Shown: piece by piece, positions 49,091 to 62,099 of the stretch
How the letters are laid out: each line of letters starts with the position of its first letter
Position numbering within the stretch: position 1 is the stretch's first letter
Source of the DNA: Hydrolagus affinis
Lineage: Eukaryota
Reading direction: 5' to 3'
NCBI GenBank assembly: GCA_012026655.1
Contig: JAAILG010000201.1
Coordinates: forward strand, 1-64,000
Length of the DNA: 64,000 bases
Translations under genes and position numbers: made by a program
The notes under the pieces: generated by a model
Database searches by the model: none
What the model was told of the DNA's origin: nothing
The model's input: only the letters and a program-made list of their open reading frames with translations

Positions 49091-51077
49091 AAATGTGATA
49101 TTTCTCCTTAATGACAAGTCTACTTAAAGTGAGGAGATTTACTTCATTGACAATCATGGATGTTTTAAAGTCATTTGCTTCATTTATAAATCAGAAATTC
49201 AAAGATAACACTTCTGTAGAAACAACTTTCTTCAACTACTGACCCATTAAATCTGTATCACTGTATTCAAAACAAGTCCCTAACAATAATATGAGAATAA
49301 CGTACAGGTGTGAAAAGTATTTTTCTTGTTGGGCTTGTATTTTTTATATCTGTAGTGTTTGATGATGCTTGAATTTAATGGAATAGGTTGCATGTGTATT
49401 TCTGTAAACATAAATTGCAACCTCCTTTAATTGTTCGATTATGTATAGTGAAACTGATAGTATATTTTTGCTGCGTTTAGAAAATGTATGTACTGTTAAG
49501 AATGATGTGAAACTCAAAACACCAGGTCTCTCTCTCTGCATCTTCTCCACAAAGCACTTCTAGTATCTTTGTTATGTATTATTATTATGACGTATTTAGC
49601 TGGCTGGTTATTTGCTACACTAGATGATGTGATTGAATTCATCAGTAAGCCAATGATCATCATGTAAAAAATTCATGCATACTTTTAAAAAGTGGCAATG
49701 GAAATTAGACATTTTCAGCATGAGAAGGTTTGTTCAGTGGGAACTTTTGACTTGCATTTATTTCACTCTTAGCAATGTATTTCACAATGGATCCCTTATT
49801 TGGCAAGATTACACATCTTGATACGTAATGAAGTGCTGTAGATCGCACAAGTATTTGAAAACACTACTGGAATTAACTGTGCACTAACTTATATGAAAGC
49901 AAGTAAAGTGATGCATAAAGTTTTTTGAAAGGCTTTTATTTTTGTTGCCTGTAAAAGGAGCTTGGATTGGTTTATGGTTGTAAATGTTTTTGCTGTACAT
50001 ACAGTATACATAATGCAGGTGTGAATGTATATTATATCAAACTGATTGTAATGCATTGTTTACGAGAATACTATATGAAATGATTTCCTTTTCCTTGCAC
50101 TTGCTGATATTGTGTGTGCTTTTTAATACAGTTGATTGGTCAAAACAAAGACAAAGTTACTCATTTCATCCTTTGATCGCACAAACGAATGCCATTTATA
50201 AAACAATTTGCACATCCAGACCTGATCAGTATTGCAATCATGAAGATGTTCACATCTGTTCTTTGTAGTAATATCTGAAAATTAACAGCTTTCAATAATT
50301 CAATGTGGTTGAAAAAGTAACAGATTGACTCAGTTAAACTCTGTCACTGAATTTCAAGACTTTTGAGCTGCCGATAGTCCAGGTTGATACTCTAGTGTTG
50401 GGGAACTGTTGTACTGTCTGAGGTCATCACAGTTCAAATCCTATTTTCTGTTTGTCTCCTTTTAAGAATTTTTAGGAGCTACCTCAAGGTCTTGGTAAAT
50501 TTACAGTCAAGGTCTATTGTAACTCTATGATATGCATGTTGGAAGGATTCAGATTAAATGCAATACTAAATTAAATGGTTACAATCAAAGATCCAGTTGG
50601 AGCAGTAAAATTTGCCTTAGCCACTGTAATAGGTAGAATGCAAAACAAGCTGGTTTCAGAATATCAGAAATAGGAGTAGAACGTCCTCCTGACATGAAAG
50701 GCGCTCTAAAAATGTAATTTTGTTGTTGTTGTAGGCCATTTGACCCCTCGAGTCTGCCCCACCATTTAATAACAAACAAAAACAGAAAACACTGGAAATA
50801 CTCAGCAGGTCAGGCAGCATCTATGGAGAAGGGAAAGTGAGTGAAAGTTTAGAGATCACAACCCTTCAATGGGTCGTGGACCCTGACTCACGTTAGGTTA
50901 CTTCCAGTATTTCATACTTTTATATGAGCAGCCCTTTAATAACCAGCCCTTCTCCAGCAATCTGCCTCTTCACAACATCCATTGACTCTCTTAGTGGTCA
51001 TCAGTAACTCTGACCAGGAAACCACAGGTGAAATCAGTTGAGTCATTTATGAGCCTATTTGTACTTAGAGCAAACTG

Positions 51078-51133
51078 TTCATCCATTCCCACTTGCCTCG
51101 CCCTATTCATCCATTCCCACTTGCCTTGCCATA
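51078..51133. repeat. 28-bp tandem duplication
   Basis: TTCATCCATTCCCACTTGCCTCGCCCTA / TTCATCCATTCCCACTTGCCTTGCCATA. Confidence 0.9.
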
Positions 51134-53151
51134 TTCCTTCAAGCTCATGGTTCCTGCCTTAAAGGTAATGAGAATTTCTCCTATTTTGTTTACACCACAG
51201 AAAAGTCTTTAAAAGTGTAGTACTCAAACAATTCATTCCAATAATTAAGACCACCTTACTTACAGAACTAACTGTTCTTGTAAAGTTTTGATTTAATCGT
51301 GTTCCCTCCAAATTGGCATAGGAAAATTAAAAATGTAATTTCAAGTATTGAAATGCTTAAGAATTGAAAATATTTCTAAAATCATATCACATGCAATTAA
51401 TTGCAGGATCTGTCATGTATTTGGAGAGTTGTGAATTGTTCTGTAGCTTTTCTAATTTTATCTTTTAACAATCTGTACCTTTCACTGAAGCCTGTAAATG
51501 TTGAATAATGTTCACAATCTAACATTTATCTGAATTGAGACAGAATTGCAACGTTGTAGAAATTCATATTGGCATATGAAGGCAAGAAAAGGTCTGTGAT
51601 TTAATGAATAATTATTGTACATTGTGGGCCTGCTTTGGTGTACACTAGAACACTGCGTTCACAAAGAAGAAACTGTTTTTGCCCTTAATCTGTAGAGTTT
51701 CCCTCACCTCTGTTGCTTAATACTGTACATATATGAAAAAAGTCTTTATCAGAGCTGGCAATCCATCCTACAAATTACAAAATGCCCCAAACTGTAAATA
51801 ATAAATCTTTATTTTTAAAATGTAATTTTGGAGGAAAAGTACTATTTTCCATTAAGGCAGACTCAGCCTCTAGTTGTTGTGCTCCCTGGTCTCATAGGCA
51901 TTTTCCCTGGGACAAGCACAGGTGAAATACATGTCTGTATTAATCAAGCAGATCCAGTTAAGAACCTGCTTTTTTTCCCCACAGTTTTTCTCCCCTTATG
52001 TTCCCAGATCTCTTGTCAGTCAGTCAGTCGTGTTGCAAAACAAATGTAAATTACAATCTAATATATGGGAGTTTATTCCCTGTCTGCTTGCATGCTTCAA
52101 ACCTTTTCCACCTTCTAAGGAAATGATAAGGCCCCACCTCACGCAAGCTAAACCCTACAGCATATCAGCCACCCACGATACCTGGGCAGTACTTTAGAAC
52201 CAACTTTCAGTTTAACAACTGTTCATTACAAAATCACATAATATCCTAATGTGGCGTCACAAGCTGAGACTAAATAGGTATTGTAGATTTTATTGTTATA
52301 GAATAAATATTAAGGGACAACTCGAGGTAATTGAGCAAATGGCCTCTTTCTGTGCTTTGAGGGTTGATTTTACAAAGAATTACTTACTGCATACATTTAG
52401 GCATTTTGCAGATTATTTAAATAACTTTTACTATTTTCTGTTGATTCTGGCAGAACAAAAACTTGATGTAATCAGATCTGGTAACAGGCATTTCCAACAT
52501 TATATTTGTAGTTTGCAACACAAACATTGTTTTCTGAATTTCTTGTGTTTAAATTTACAATAGATTCCTTGTGGAATTGCAAAGTTATTATCCTGTAGGT
52601 TTAATCTCATTCTTGGTTCAAATTGGAATGTAAAACGCATCTTGTACCAATTTAGTTTTACCACTGTACCAACAAATAAAATTACAGAGTTTAAACCTAA
52701 AAGTACATTCTAAATCTATAACAAACACAATAATTATGAGTAAAACCAACAATTTCTAACAATTGAAATGGGGGAAGTGAAATAATCTACATACTATAGG
52801 ATGTGCTGGAAGCAAATTTATAATTTTTCATACATTCCTATATCCAAGAATGCTTACAAAATTTGGAACAATTTTCCCTCCATTTTGGGTCACTTCCTTT
52901 CCAAATATGTCAGAACTGGAAAAATTACACTGAGCAATTGAAATCAGGAATATTTCTTTGGTTAGACCCATGATTGTGTTCCCTTTACACACTGCACAAC
53001 AATGTGACAATACTATTGCATCAAACAAACATGCTTTCAATTGAAATATTTTAGCCCATTGTCCGTATCTCTTGTCCGGGTGAAGTGGGGGGGACAGCTA
53101 TGTACCCAGGTAGCTGGCAGCCTGGCATTAATTTATTTAGGACACTGAACT

Positions 53152-53457
53152 CATAATAATCTTGCATTTTATAGAGTGCTTTTCACATCTTTTAGACATC
53201 TCAAAGCGCTTCACAGAATATACTGTAAAGTGAATTGACTATATTTTTGTGGGCAAAATGCGGCAGCCAATTGCGCACATCAGTTTCCCACAAATAGTCG
53301 TGGATTGAAATGATCCAATTATTATTGTTTTTTCTTGAGGGATTATTATCAGGTGTGTGGAGTAAGGAAAGTTGCCTAAGATTTTGTCGTGCTGGGAATC
53401 AAACCCAGGTCTTTCGCTTGCGAGACAAATGCTCTATCCACTGAGCTGCAGGACTCC
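53152..53457 (-). mobile_element. tRNA-derived SINE, full length
   Basis: Family match, reverse complement. Confidence 0.8.
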
Positions 53458-54631
53458 ATAATCAGTCGAGGTTTGGTTCAAACCTAGAACCCATAGATGG
53501 AAGGATAACCCTCCCTCCTCCTCCCCCCAGTATTGAAGATATGGCCTGGTCTCATTCAAATCTTGCACGAATAGCATAAGTTAATTTTAAAGTGAACTGT
53601 TGTTTTCCAGCAGTGAGATTCAGTGATTAGTCACTTGCTGCTCACACACAAAACATGGGTACAATGTTCCCAAACTGTGTTGGTGACTCTGCTTCATTAA
53701 TGCTGGGTTTTTGAACACAATCTTGTTTGTGGTGAATGAGTGTCAGGCTGCGGGTTTATTTGAGGTTACGGTAGTGAGTGATGCGGTGATTATAGGCAGC
53801 ACGAAATGAGAGCTAATGTAAACACCTCAGTCCAGCTCCTCTCTGGCTCCACCCAGATAACATGAATGTATTATTATTATGGAGCTACAGCGATTGTATC
53901 CGGCTCACCCCCTGTAACCTGTTCAATGTCTTGGCTTTTTGGATGCTGTTTAAAACCAACAAACTATATAACTTATGTACAGACTCGCAGAACAGCAAAA
54001 ACTGTGGGTTTAGAACTCATCTGAGAGAAAGAGAGAGCTCCGACAGAATCATTCAGCAAAAGAAATCCTTGAGACTGGTGTAAAAAGGTGTTAAACCTTA
54101 AAGTTTTACAAGAGAGACTAAAGTCAATCCTCATTATATACTATATATATATATTATATATTATACTATAATATAGATCCCAGAATTTTAATTTCACAAA
54201 TGAAATATTATTTGACCAAATGTTTGATTACTTCAGCACCTTAAATATATTTAATCCTCCGTGAAGTTAGAATTTTTCAAGGATTAGGGGAGTATGAGAG
54301 GCACTCTAATAACAGTTCAGTTTAAAATTCATTTAAAATAGGGTTTTGAAATGTTAAACAAGGTACAGCTTCTAATAATCTCCTACCCCACAGCAGATAT
54401 CAACTCAGTGAGATTTCCCACCTCGCCTCCCACTCGATGGTTAGTCCAATGATTGTCACAATGATGTTCCAAGTTTGTTATATATCCATTTTTGTGTAAA
54501 AATGGATGTACTGACCAGGGAGGAAAGATCTAATCTAGAAGGGGCCATGTTATGCATGTAATTGCCTCTGTCCTTCACTCAGCTGTTACTGTACAATCCG
54601 CAGCTCAGGCATCTCCAGCCAAAGTAAAATC

Positions 54632-54950
54632 AACAATAATAATAATCCTTGTACTGTATTGTATTTGATGTAGCGCTTTTCACATCTCCTAAATGTCTCA
54701 AACTGCTTCCCAGAGTATTCTGCAAAGTGAATTGACTGCATAGATGTGGGCGAAACGCGACAGCCAATTGCGCACAACAGTGTCCCACAAACAGTCATGA
54801 ATTGAAATGACCAATTTGTTGTTTTTTTTGAGTGATTATTATTAGGCGTGTGGAGTAAGGAAACTTGCCCAAGTTTTCACCCTGCATGGAATTGAACCCA
54901 GGTCTCTCATTTGTAAGGCGAATGCTCTAACCACTGAGCTACAGAACTCC
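54632..54950 (-). mobile_element. tRNA-derived SINE, full length
   Basis: Family match, reverse complement. Confidence 0.8.
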
Positions 54951-57339
54951 ATAACCAAACCCACATCTCCCAACTGATAGGAGATCACTTTCATTTTCTA
55001 ATTAAAGAGAAAAACAATGCTTTCTACTGAATGTTTACTGAAAGTACCTCGCCTAGACCTCTTTCATATTTTTTTCCCAAAAAACAATTTAAACAAAGCT
55101 ACAGAATTTAAAAAAAAAACAATTTAAAACAATTCTTGGCACAGTAATCAAGAATAAAAGTTACAATGACCTTGGCACCAAAAGATGGACTACATGATGA
55201 AAAATGGCTACTCATTTGATTTTATCATTCTCGAGAGCAAAATCCAGTGTAAATTTAGGATGATACTTAAGGCCACTTTCAACAACTACTTGCGTTTGGT
55301 ACAACATTGGTTGGCGTCTCGGGAGCAGTTTCCCCACATTTTAAGGGATTTTCTCAATTGTAAAACTGATAAACTCTCTGATTCACCAGAAAATAAGCTA
55401 TTTAAATTTTTTTAAATTATTCCCACATCACATCTATAATCTATATATATATATATATATATCCATATCCAGGTAGTGCTAGCAGTTCATTATAGCAAAT
55501 AATGTGCATTACATTGTGTGAGTAGTGGGCCATGGTTTTTGCTCAGTGTGCTGAATAAACCTCGCAGGTTAGCCAAGACAACTATGGCTTCGGTGACCAG
55601 GTTATTGAAATGACTTGGATCATGAGATTGAGAAATTTCAGAGTTTACCATTGACCAGTTAACGGCTATTCTAATTAATGCTGCCTTAACACTGTAAGAA
55701 CAGCATTGCTTGAGATTGTCACACATCCGCTGAGTGAACGCTCTTGAGCAGAGCAGTCGAGCCGAAAATACATCTCTGCTCAATGTGCCCCTGTCAGGTG
55801 CCCCTGACATTTCTAATGGTTTTGGTTCTTTGGGAATCTTTAAAAAAATACCCATACACTACAATAATAATATTATTAATAATAATCCTTGCATTTGATT
55901 CACTTCTTCTAGACGTCTCAAAGCGCTTCACAATCCGTTTCTCCCTGATGGTATGCTTCAATGCTTTTTGCTGTTAAAACTTGATCAAATTGACTGTGTC
56001 CTGATGAATGCAAACTGCATTGAGTCCCAATCCCACTACTCTCTCTGAAAACCACATAACCTTAATTCATTTGATAATTCCATAGTGGGTGAGTGCACTG
56101 CTTCTCTCACTGTTTCAGCTGTTGTCTATTAAACTGAGCCAAGCTCCAGCATGTCCTTGGGATCTGTGTGCGTTTTTTAAAAATAAAATGTAATGTAAAT
56201 TATGGAGGAGGATGAACTTCTTTGTGGTACATTACTAACAATAGTCGGGGGGGTTGGCAGTGAGTATACATCAGTCAGCTCATCTTGTTTGGTTAATATT
56301 GTGGCAAAACTCACTACAAAGTCTGTAGCTAAGGACCCATCACAGGCAGGTTCGAGATTTTAGGTGGGAGAGTGGTGGTGAAAGAACTGATTTGTACAAC
56401 CTGTAAAAAAAAATTAGGGAGATGATCTTTCAGGGGCAATATTTGGAATGCACCTAAGTTAAGGTTATTGAGTTCTAAATGGGAATTTGAAACTCCCAAG
56501 ATCTATTTATCTAAACTCATTCATTAAATCGTAATTTACCACTTGTCCCTCTGAATGATTCATTCATATGGATTAAAAGAATCCAATTCAGACGTGCCCA
56601 AAAAACGAATGATTCTCAGACGTGATGGGAATATTTGTAAGGATGCGGATCCTGTAATCCTTAAATTAAAAGCTTCTGTCTTTTGTCTGTGTAGAGATGG
56701 GGAAATGAGTAAGTAGATGTTTGCAATTATGAAGTGGCAGTGTTCCTTACAAACTCTTAACCAGCTTAAACTACAAAGAGACAGACATTTCATTAAAAAA
56801 AACACAAAACTAAAAGATAGGGGGTGAATCTGCCTCATGTCTCTTCAGACTAAGACAAGTGGCAGTTCCCCATTGCTTCATCTTCTGTCTCCATCTTCAC
56901 TTTGGAATGAATGACATTGTCACTGTTCAATTCACGAGTCCAGGACCTTAAATACTGGGATTTGCTGTTTAAGCACAAGTTAACAGTGTAGGTAAGATCC
57001 ACCTCATTCTGTACAATCTCAATCATTTTTTTTCTTTTTTTAAAAAAAAAGTTTTTTGCATAGTCACAGAGCAGTAGTTCACCTAATATCATCAGGACAG
57101 AGGAAAAGGTATTGAATGTTGACGTGGGTTGATCGGAATCAGGGGAGGGTTGCCTTCAAAAACAGTAGAGAAACTTTAAGAGACAGAGCTTTGTAATGGA
57201 TTCGTTTCCCACCATCGCTTCTGAAATATTCCAAGACGTGGTTCCAGGAGAGCGTTCAGGTGATGGACGTGGGAGACTTGATCACCGTGTGTGGACAGAT
57301 CAGTGTTTGATGGATGGGCTCCTTCGTTCCTCTCCAGCT

Positions 57340-57843
57340 TTACGTCCTTATATTTTTCTCCTTCCAAGGGAGGCGATGAGTGAGGGAGGGTGGAGAGCTT
57401 TTGGACTCTCTGGGGCCCAGGGTCTGGGGAGAGGGCTCCTTGGACATGCTGAGGATGGTGGTGGTGAGCGACTTGATGTAGTTCTTGGCCAAGGTGAGGG
57501 TCTCAATTTTGGACAGCTTCCTGTCCGCCTCCACGTGGGGGATGACCTCGCGCAGTGCCTGGAATGCGGCGTTCAGGTTGTGCATTCGCTGCCGCTCTCG
57601 CTCGTTGCTCTCGATCCGGCGGAGGTTTCGCTCACGGGTGCTGAGCGAGTGTTTCCTGCGCGTCCCTGTCGCCTCCGCCCCACCGCTCAGGCTCTCGCCC
57701 TGGGCAGCGCCCGCCGGCCTGCGGCTCCGGCCGCGCACACGCTCGCCCTGTCTCTGGCCTTTGCTGTTGCTGCTGTTGGTGGTGTTGGCCTGGGTTTGCA
57801 AATGCAGGTCGGAGTGGCCGCCGCTGCTGAACCGACTTCTCAT
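57340..57843 (-). CDS. BHLHA15: BHLHA15 (MIST1) bHLH transcription factor, 167 aa, single coding exon
   Basis: b[56 protein letters not shown] is the MIST1 signature. First in-frame ATG at 57843 (GCAATGA). Convergent with TECPR1 as in human. Confidence 0.93.
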   Translation of the reverse strand: MRSRFSSGGHSDLHLQTQANTTNSSNSKGQRQGERVRGRSRRPAGAAQGESLSGGAEATGTRRKHSLSTRERNLRRIESNERERQRMHNLNAAFQALREVIPHVEADRKLSKIETLTLAKNYIKSLTTTILSMSKEPSPQTLGPRESKSSPPSLTHRLPWKEKNIRT

Positions 57844-57869
57844 TGCCGGAGCCGTCCGTCCGTCCGTCT

Positions 57870-57933
57870 GTATGTGTGTCTGTGTGTGTGTGTGTCTGTC
57901 TGTGTGTGTGTGTCTGTCTGTGTGTGTGTGTGT
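57870..57933. repeat. (TG)n/(TCTG) microsatellite
   Basis: Directly visible, just upstream of the BHLHA15 ATG. Confidence 0.9.
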
Positions 57934-58002
57934 CTGATGTGAAGGGAGCTGTCTGTACAAGTGTAATTCGTTGGTGTTGTCGTTGTTGTCTGGGAAGCTC
58001 AC

Positions 58003-58083
58003 CTCAGCCTGTGTAGTTGCATCCTCGGCTGTTCACTCACTCACTCACTCACACTCACTCTAACTTGTTCTCCCAGCAAATGG
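58003..58083 (-). other. BHLHA15: Predicted non-coding BHLHA15 5' UTR exon
   Basis: Acceptor (T)8CGCAG at 58085-58084 and donor GAG|GTGAGC at 58002. A strong upstream donor CAG|GTAAGG at 58794 suggests a further first exon. Confidence 0.45.
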
Positions 58084-58847
58084 CTGCGAAAAAAAAGATG
58101 TCAACATGCAAATTTCGTTCCTTTACTTACAAACCCGACAATGGGTAAAGTCACCACTTTCTGCTTTTCTCTGTGTGTGTTTTCCTTAAATATTAATTGA
58201 TAAAAAAATGTATCATTAACCATCTCTCTGCAGGTATCTGGCTCCCTGGTAGAGGGTGGTCTGTATATATCCTGTGCAGTACATAAAAGAATTCACTCAG
58301 GAGTTAAAGCCACGATTTTTGTTCTAATTAGCAATTTTTTTTTATCGAGAATACATCAATGAGATTGCCACCCAAAAACCGTGAGGTCTCACTGTTTAAC
58401 CTCCTCCCCACCGCAAAAATCACTGCCCGGCTCGGGAAGCTGCTCTCTCCCAATTGCTTTATCATCCGCTTTTAAAAGTAGTGAGAGTTTTGAAACTGTT
58501 CTTAGCAACGATTCCCACCCCCCCCCATCCCCTCTCCCCCATCCACTCTCCCCTCCCCGAATTAAACATTAAACAGCGGCCAGGCTCAGGCAGTTCGAAG
58601 CCTCATGTTTTCTATAGAGTGTCAGGGACAGGAGCAGCCCAGGTAAAGGGACTGAGGTTCAACTGAGATCAAACCAGGTGTTATTTAACGGTTCCAATTT
58701 TCGTTTGTGAAATATACTGTGTGTGTGTGTGTGTGTGTGTGTACCGTGTCTCAACAAGGAGAGAGAGAAAAAAAAAGGCTTTATTTATCCTTACCTGTAT
58801 TAACCTCAGAATGGCGGGGTGAGCTGAGGAGGGAGAGACTGGGTTAC

Positions 58848-58992
58848 AGAGTGAGTGAGTGAGTGAGTGACTGGGGTAGAGAGTGAGTGTGAGTGAGTGA
58901 GTGACTAGGGTAGAGAGTGAGTGTGAGTGACTGGGGTAGAGAGTGACTGGGGTAGAGGGTGAGTGAGTGAGTGAGGTGGAGAGTGAGTGAAG
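58848..58992. repeat. (GAGT)n compound repeat with CTGGGGTAGA subunits
   Basis: Directly visible. Confidence 0.9.
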
Positions 58993-59331
58993 TGAAGGGT
59001 GATGTCTCCTCAGCCTGTGTTTTGTACACGTACACGTTCCCTTGTTCCAATGAGAGGCGATGGGGAGGGGAGGGGTGGAGGAGGTGGGGGGGACGGACTC
59101 TGTACAAACAGGATCTCAGTTCCTCCTGCATCACCTCTGGCTCCAGGCGAACAGCAGAGTCTGGCTCTGCCTCAGTCAGTCAGTCAGTAACACTGAGGTG
59201 CAAACAGAACTCTAACAGGTGCTTTGGGCTATAGCATCCATTGGGGTTTAGAAGGAGAGATCAGAACCAGCCAAACAGCCAACCAAACAGCGAAGAGCCA
59301 ACCGATGGCCCAATAGCCCCAGTTACTGTAT

Positions 59332-59657
59332 TATAATAATAACAATCCTTGCATTAGACACGGCGTTTTTCACATCTTATCGACGTCTCAAAGCGTTTCA
59401 CTGAATATCCTGTGAAGTGAATTGACTATATTTGTGGCCAAACGCGGCAGCCGATTGCGCACAGCAGCACACAACCCAACTGTGGATTGAAACAACCAAT
59501 TTTATTATTGTGTGTGTTTTTTTTAAATGGATGATTATTAGGCGTGTATGTGGAGTAAGGAAACTTAACCAAGGTTTCGCCCTGATCTGCCTGGATTCGA
59601 ACACTGGTCTCACGCTTGTCAGTGAGAGTGCTCTAACGACCGAGCTACAAGACCTCC
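59332..59657 (-). mobile_element. tRNA-derived SINE, full length
   Basis: Family match, reverse complement. Confidence 0.8.
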
Positions 59658-61139
59658 ACTTCTGCAAGACGGACGAGATCTATTGTCGTCCATGAAATGA
59701 CGCTCCAGGCCAGGTCACTTTCTTGAGGAGAATAGCTCCTTTTACACGCTGATAAACAATTTCACAATTACAGGTCAAACGGCAGTCATTGCATTGACGG
59801 GAGAAACATTACACTGACTTGATTGGGGAAATGCTGCAGCTATAAAAGCTGAGGAATAGGAAGCAGAAGAGGCTGGAGGTATATAAATAAATCCTTTGTT
59901 GGAGACAGATGACAAGCACAAAGCTGAGCCAGTGCTTCTTGGTGGGGGGGAAATGGGACCAAATATTGCGTGATTGTGGAAAATCAGCCCCATCAGAGAC
60001 AAGTCTGGGATAATACTTTCAGGAGTTGAGAATGTTTCTGAGAGTTCTGCTTGTTTAACCATTTTGTTTTGGCAACAGTTTCAAACAGTTTTAATGTTGC
60101 GCTCACCGCTTAACCTTTCCTTGTTATGCAGATGTTGAGTTTACACTTTGGGGGATTTAAGACTTTTTATATTCTTTAACATTTCGGTAACTTCAGACTA
60201 CCAAAGCGCTGAGTTGCCGCCTGGCGCGGAGGGCGCAAGCAAGATAAATGCGAGTTGTTGTTGACTACACATTTCAGGAATAATGAGTTCATATTTACTG
60301 TCGAGTTTCACGGTTTGATTTTATCCTTGCGACAGTGAAATTACTCAACGAGTGACTAAACATTTAGGAATAATCACTCGGATAACATGGAGCCGTTTTG
60401 CATTTCCAAACCACACCTCACACCTGTCCCCTTTGATGGGAGTCATTCATTCGGGTCCCACTTGCCTTGAGTGGGGTGAACACAGATACATCTCTGGCTC
60501 TGTCCAGCACTATGTAAGCAAAGTGGGAGTTTTCACTCCCAATTATCCAAGCTTTCATTTTATTCACCAAAATTCATTCCCCCCAAATTTAAATGAACTG
60601 GCTATTGTTTGTAGGTGGTACAAATGACATGTTTTGCCAAAATAACATCCACTTTATTCCTAATTCATTTGTGAAGCTCAAGAGAATCTTCATTTATTTA
60701 TATAAATGAAGTTGTACCAGCACAGGCAGCCATTCAAACTCAGGCCAATGGGATACAAAGCACCAGACAGACAGGGCAGGACAACAACAACACCACCAAA
60801 ATTACATCTACTGTATAGAGCACTTTTCACGTCACGAGGACGTCCCAAGGCGCTGAAGGGCAGACAGAAGAGGACAGACAGACAGGACTAGACAGTTCAG
60901 ATCCACACCAAAGGACAGCATCTCCTCATTTCTCCAATTCAGTGCATTGAATTTTTTTTTAATCCAAGTCTGACTTATTCGACTAAGTAAATGTTTATTT
61001 TGCATATCATCTTGATGCAACAGGCGTTTAAAGCTGATTTGTATATAGTACAGAGCAAGCTTCTAACTCACAAAACTGGTTTCAAAAACTCTGATTATAT
61101 CCAACATTATAAGATTGTTCAAAGACGTTAAGATTGTTG

Positions 61140-61996
61140 TTTTTCATCTTCCAAAATTCTCCAGATTCTGGGACGGTTCCCATTGATCGCAAACATAACA
61201 CCGTTATTTGAAAAAGGCGGGAGAGAGATGAGGGAACTATGGGCCAGTTAACCTGACATTGGTGGTAAGGAAAATTCTATAACCTAAATCAGGGACATCA
61301 TCGTGGGGTACTTAGAAAATCATAACATGATGAGGCAGAGTCAACATGGCTTCACAAAAGGGAAATCATATTTAACAAGTATTTCAGAGTTTTTTTTGAA
61401 GATGTAACTAGAGGCTAGATAGGGGGGGAACCCGTAGATGTAATGTATTTGGACTTTCAGAAAGCATTTGACAAGGTGCCACTTAAAAGGCTCTTACATA
61501 AAATTAGGGCCCATGGAATTAAAGCTAATATATTAGCATGGATTGGAGTGGCCAACGGGAAGAAAACAGAGTAGGAATAAACGGGTCCTTCTCACACTGG
61601 CAGGATGGGACTAGTAGAGCGCCACAAGGATCAGTGCTTGGGCCTCAACTATTTACACTCTATATCATTGATTTAGTTGAGGGCATAGAACTTAACAAAA
61701 CTAAATTCACAGATGATACAAAGCTGGGTGGGAGAATAAGATGTGAGGGTGACACAAGACGGATGACAAAGGGTATGTGGACAGGCTAGGTGAGTGCGCA
61801 AGAAAGTGGCAGATGGAGTATAATGTGGGGAAATGTGAAGTTATTCACCTAGGTAGTAAGGACGTGTTCAAGGACGTGGACGGCGCTATATAGATCGAAG
61901 TTTTTGTTGTTGGATTAAGCCATGATCTTATTAAATGGTGTAGTAGGCTTGAGGGGCCGAATGGCCTACTCCTGCTCCTATTTCTTGTGTTCTTAT
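61140..61996 (+). mobile_element. CR1-type LINE reverse transcriptase fragment fused to its 3' end
   Basis: NYGPVNLT, SQHGFTKGKS, YLDFQKAFDKVP, PQGSVLGPQLF, KFTDDTKLGG; frameshifted; CR1 tail at 61912-61996. Confidence 0.85.
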
Positions 61997-62099
61997 ATCT
62001 TTACAGATGAATAATGAGTGTATAGTACAAAAATACTGTTTCATGTAAAGATTTCAGAAAAAGCTTGAAGGCAATTTAAGAAGTCAAGTTGTGTATGTA

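Noticed and set aside
57196-57942. 248-aa and 150-aa plus-strand ORFs
   Set aside because: Antisense shadows of the GC-rich BHLHA15 exon plus the microsatellite.
57844-58002. 53-aa N-terminal extension of BHLHA15 in the ORF track
   Set aside because: It starts at a GTG that looks like a splice donor and translates an L2-tail remnant and a (CA)n repeat.
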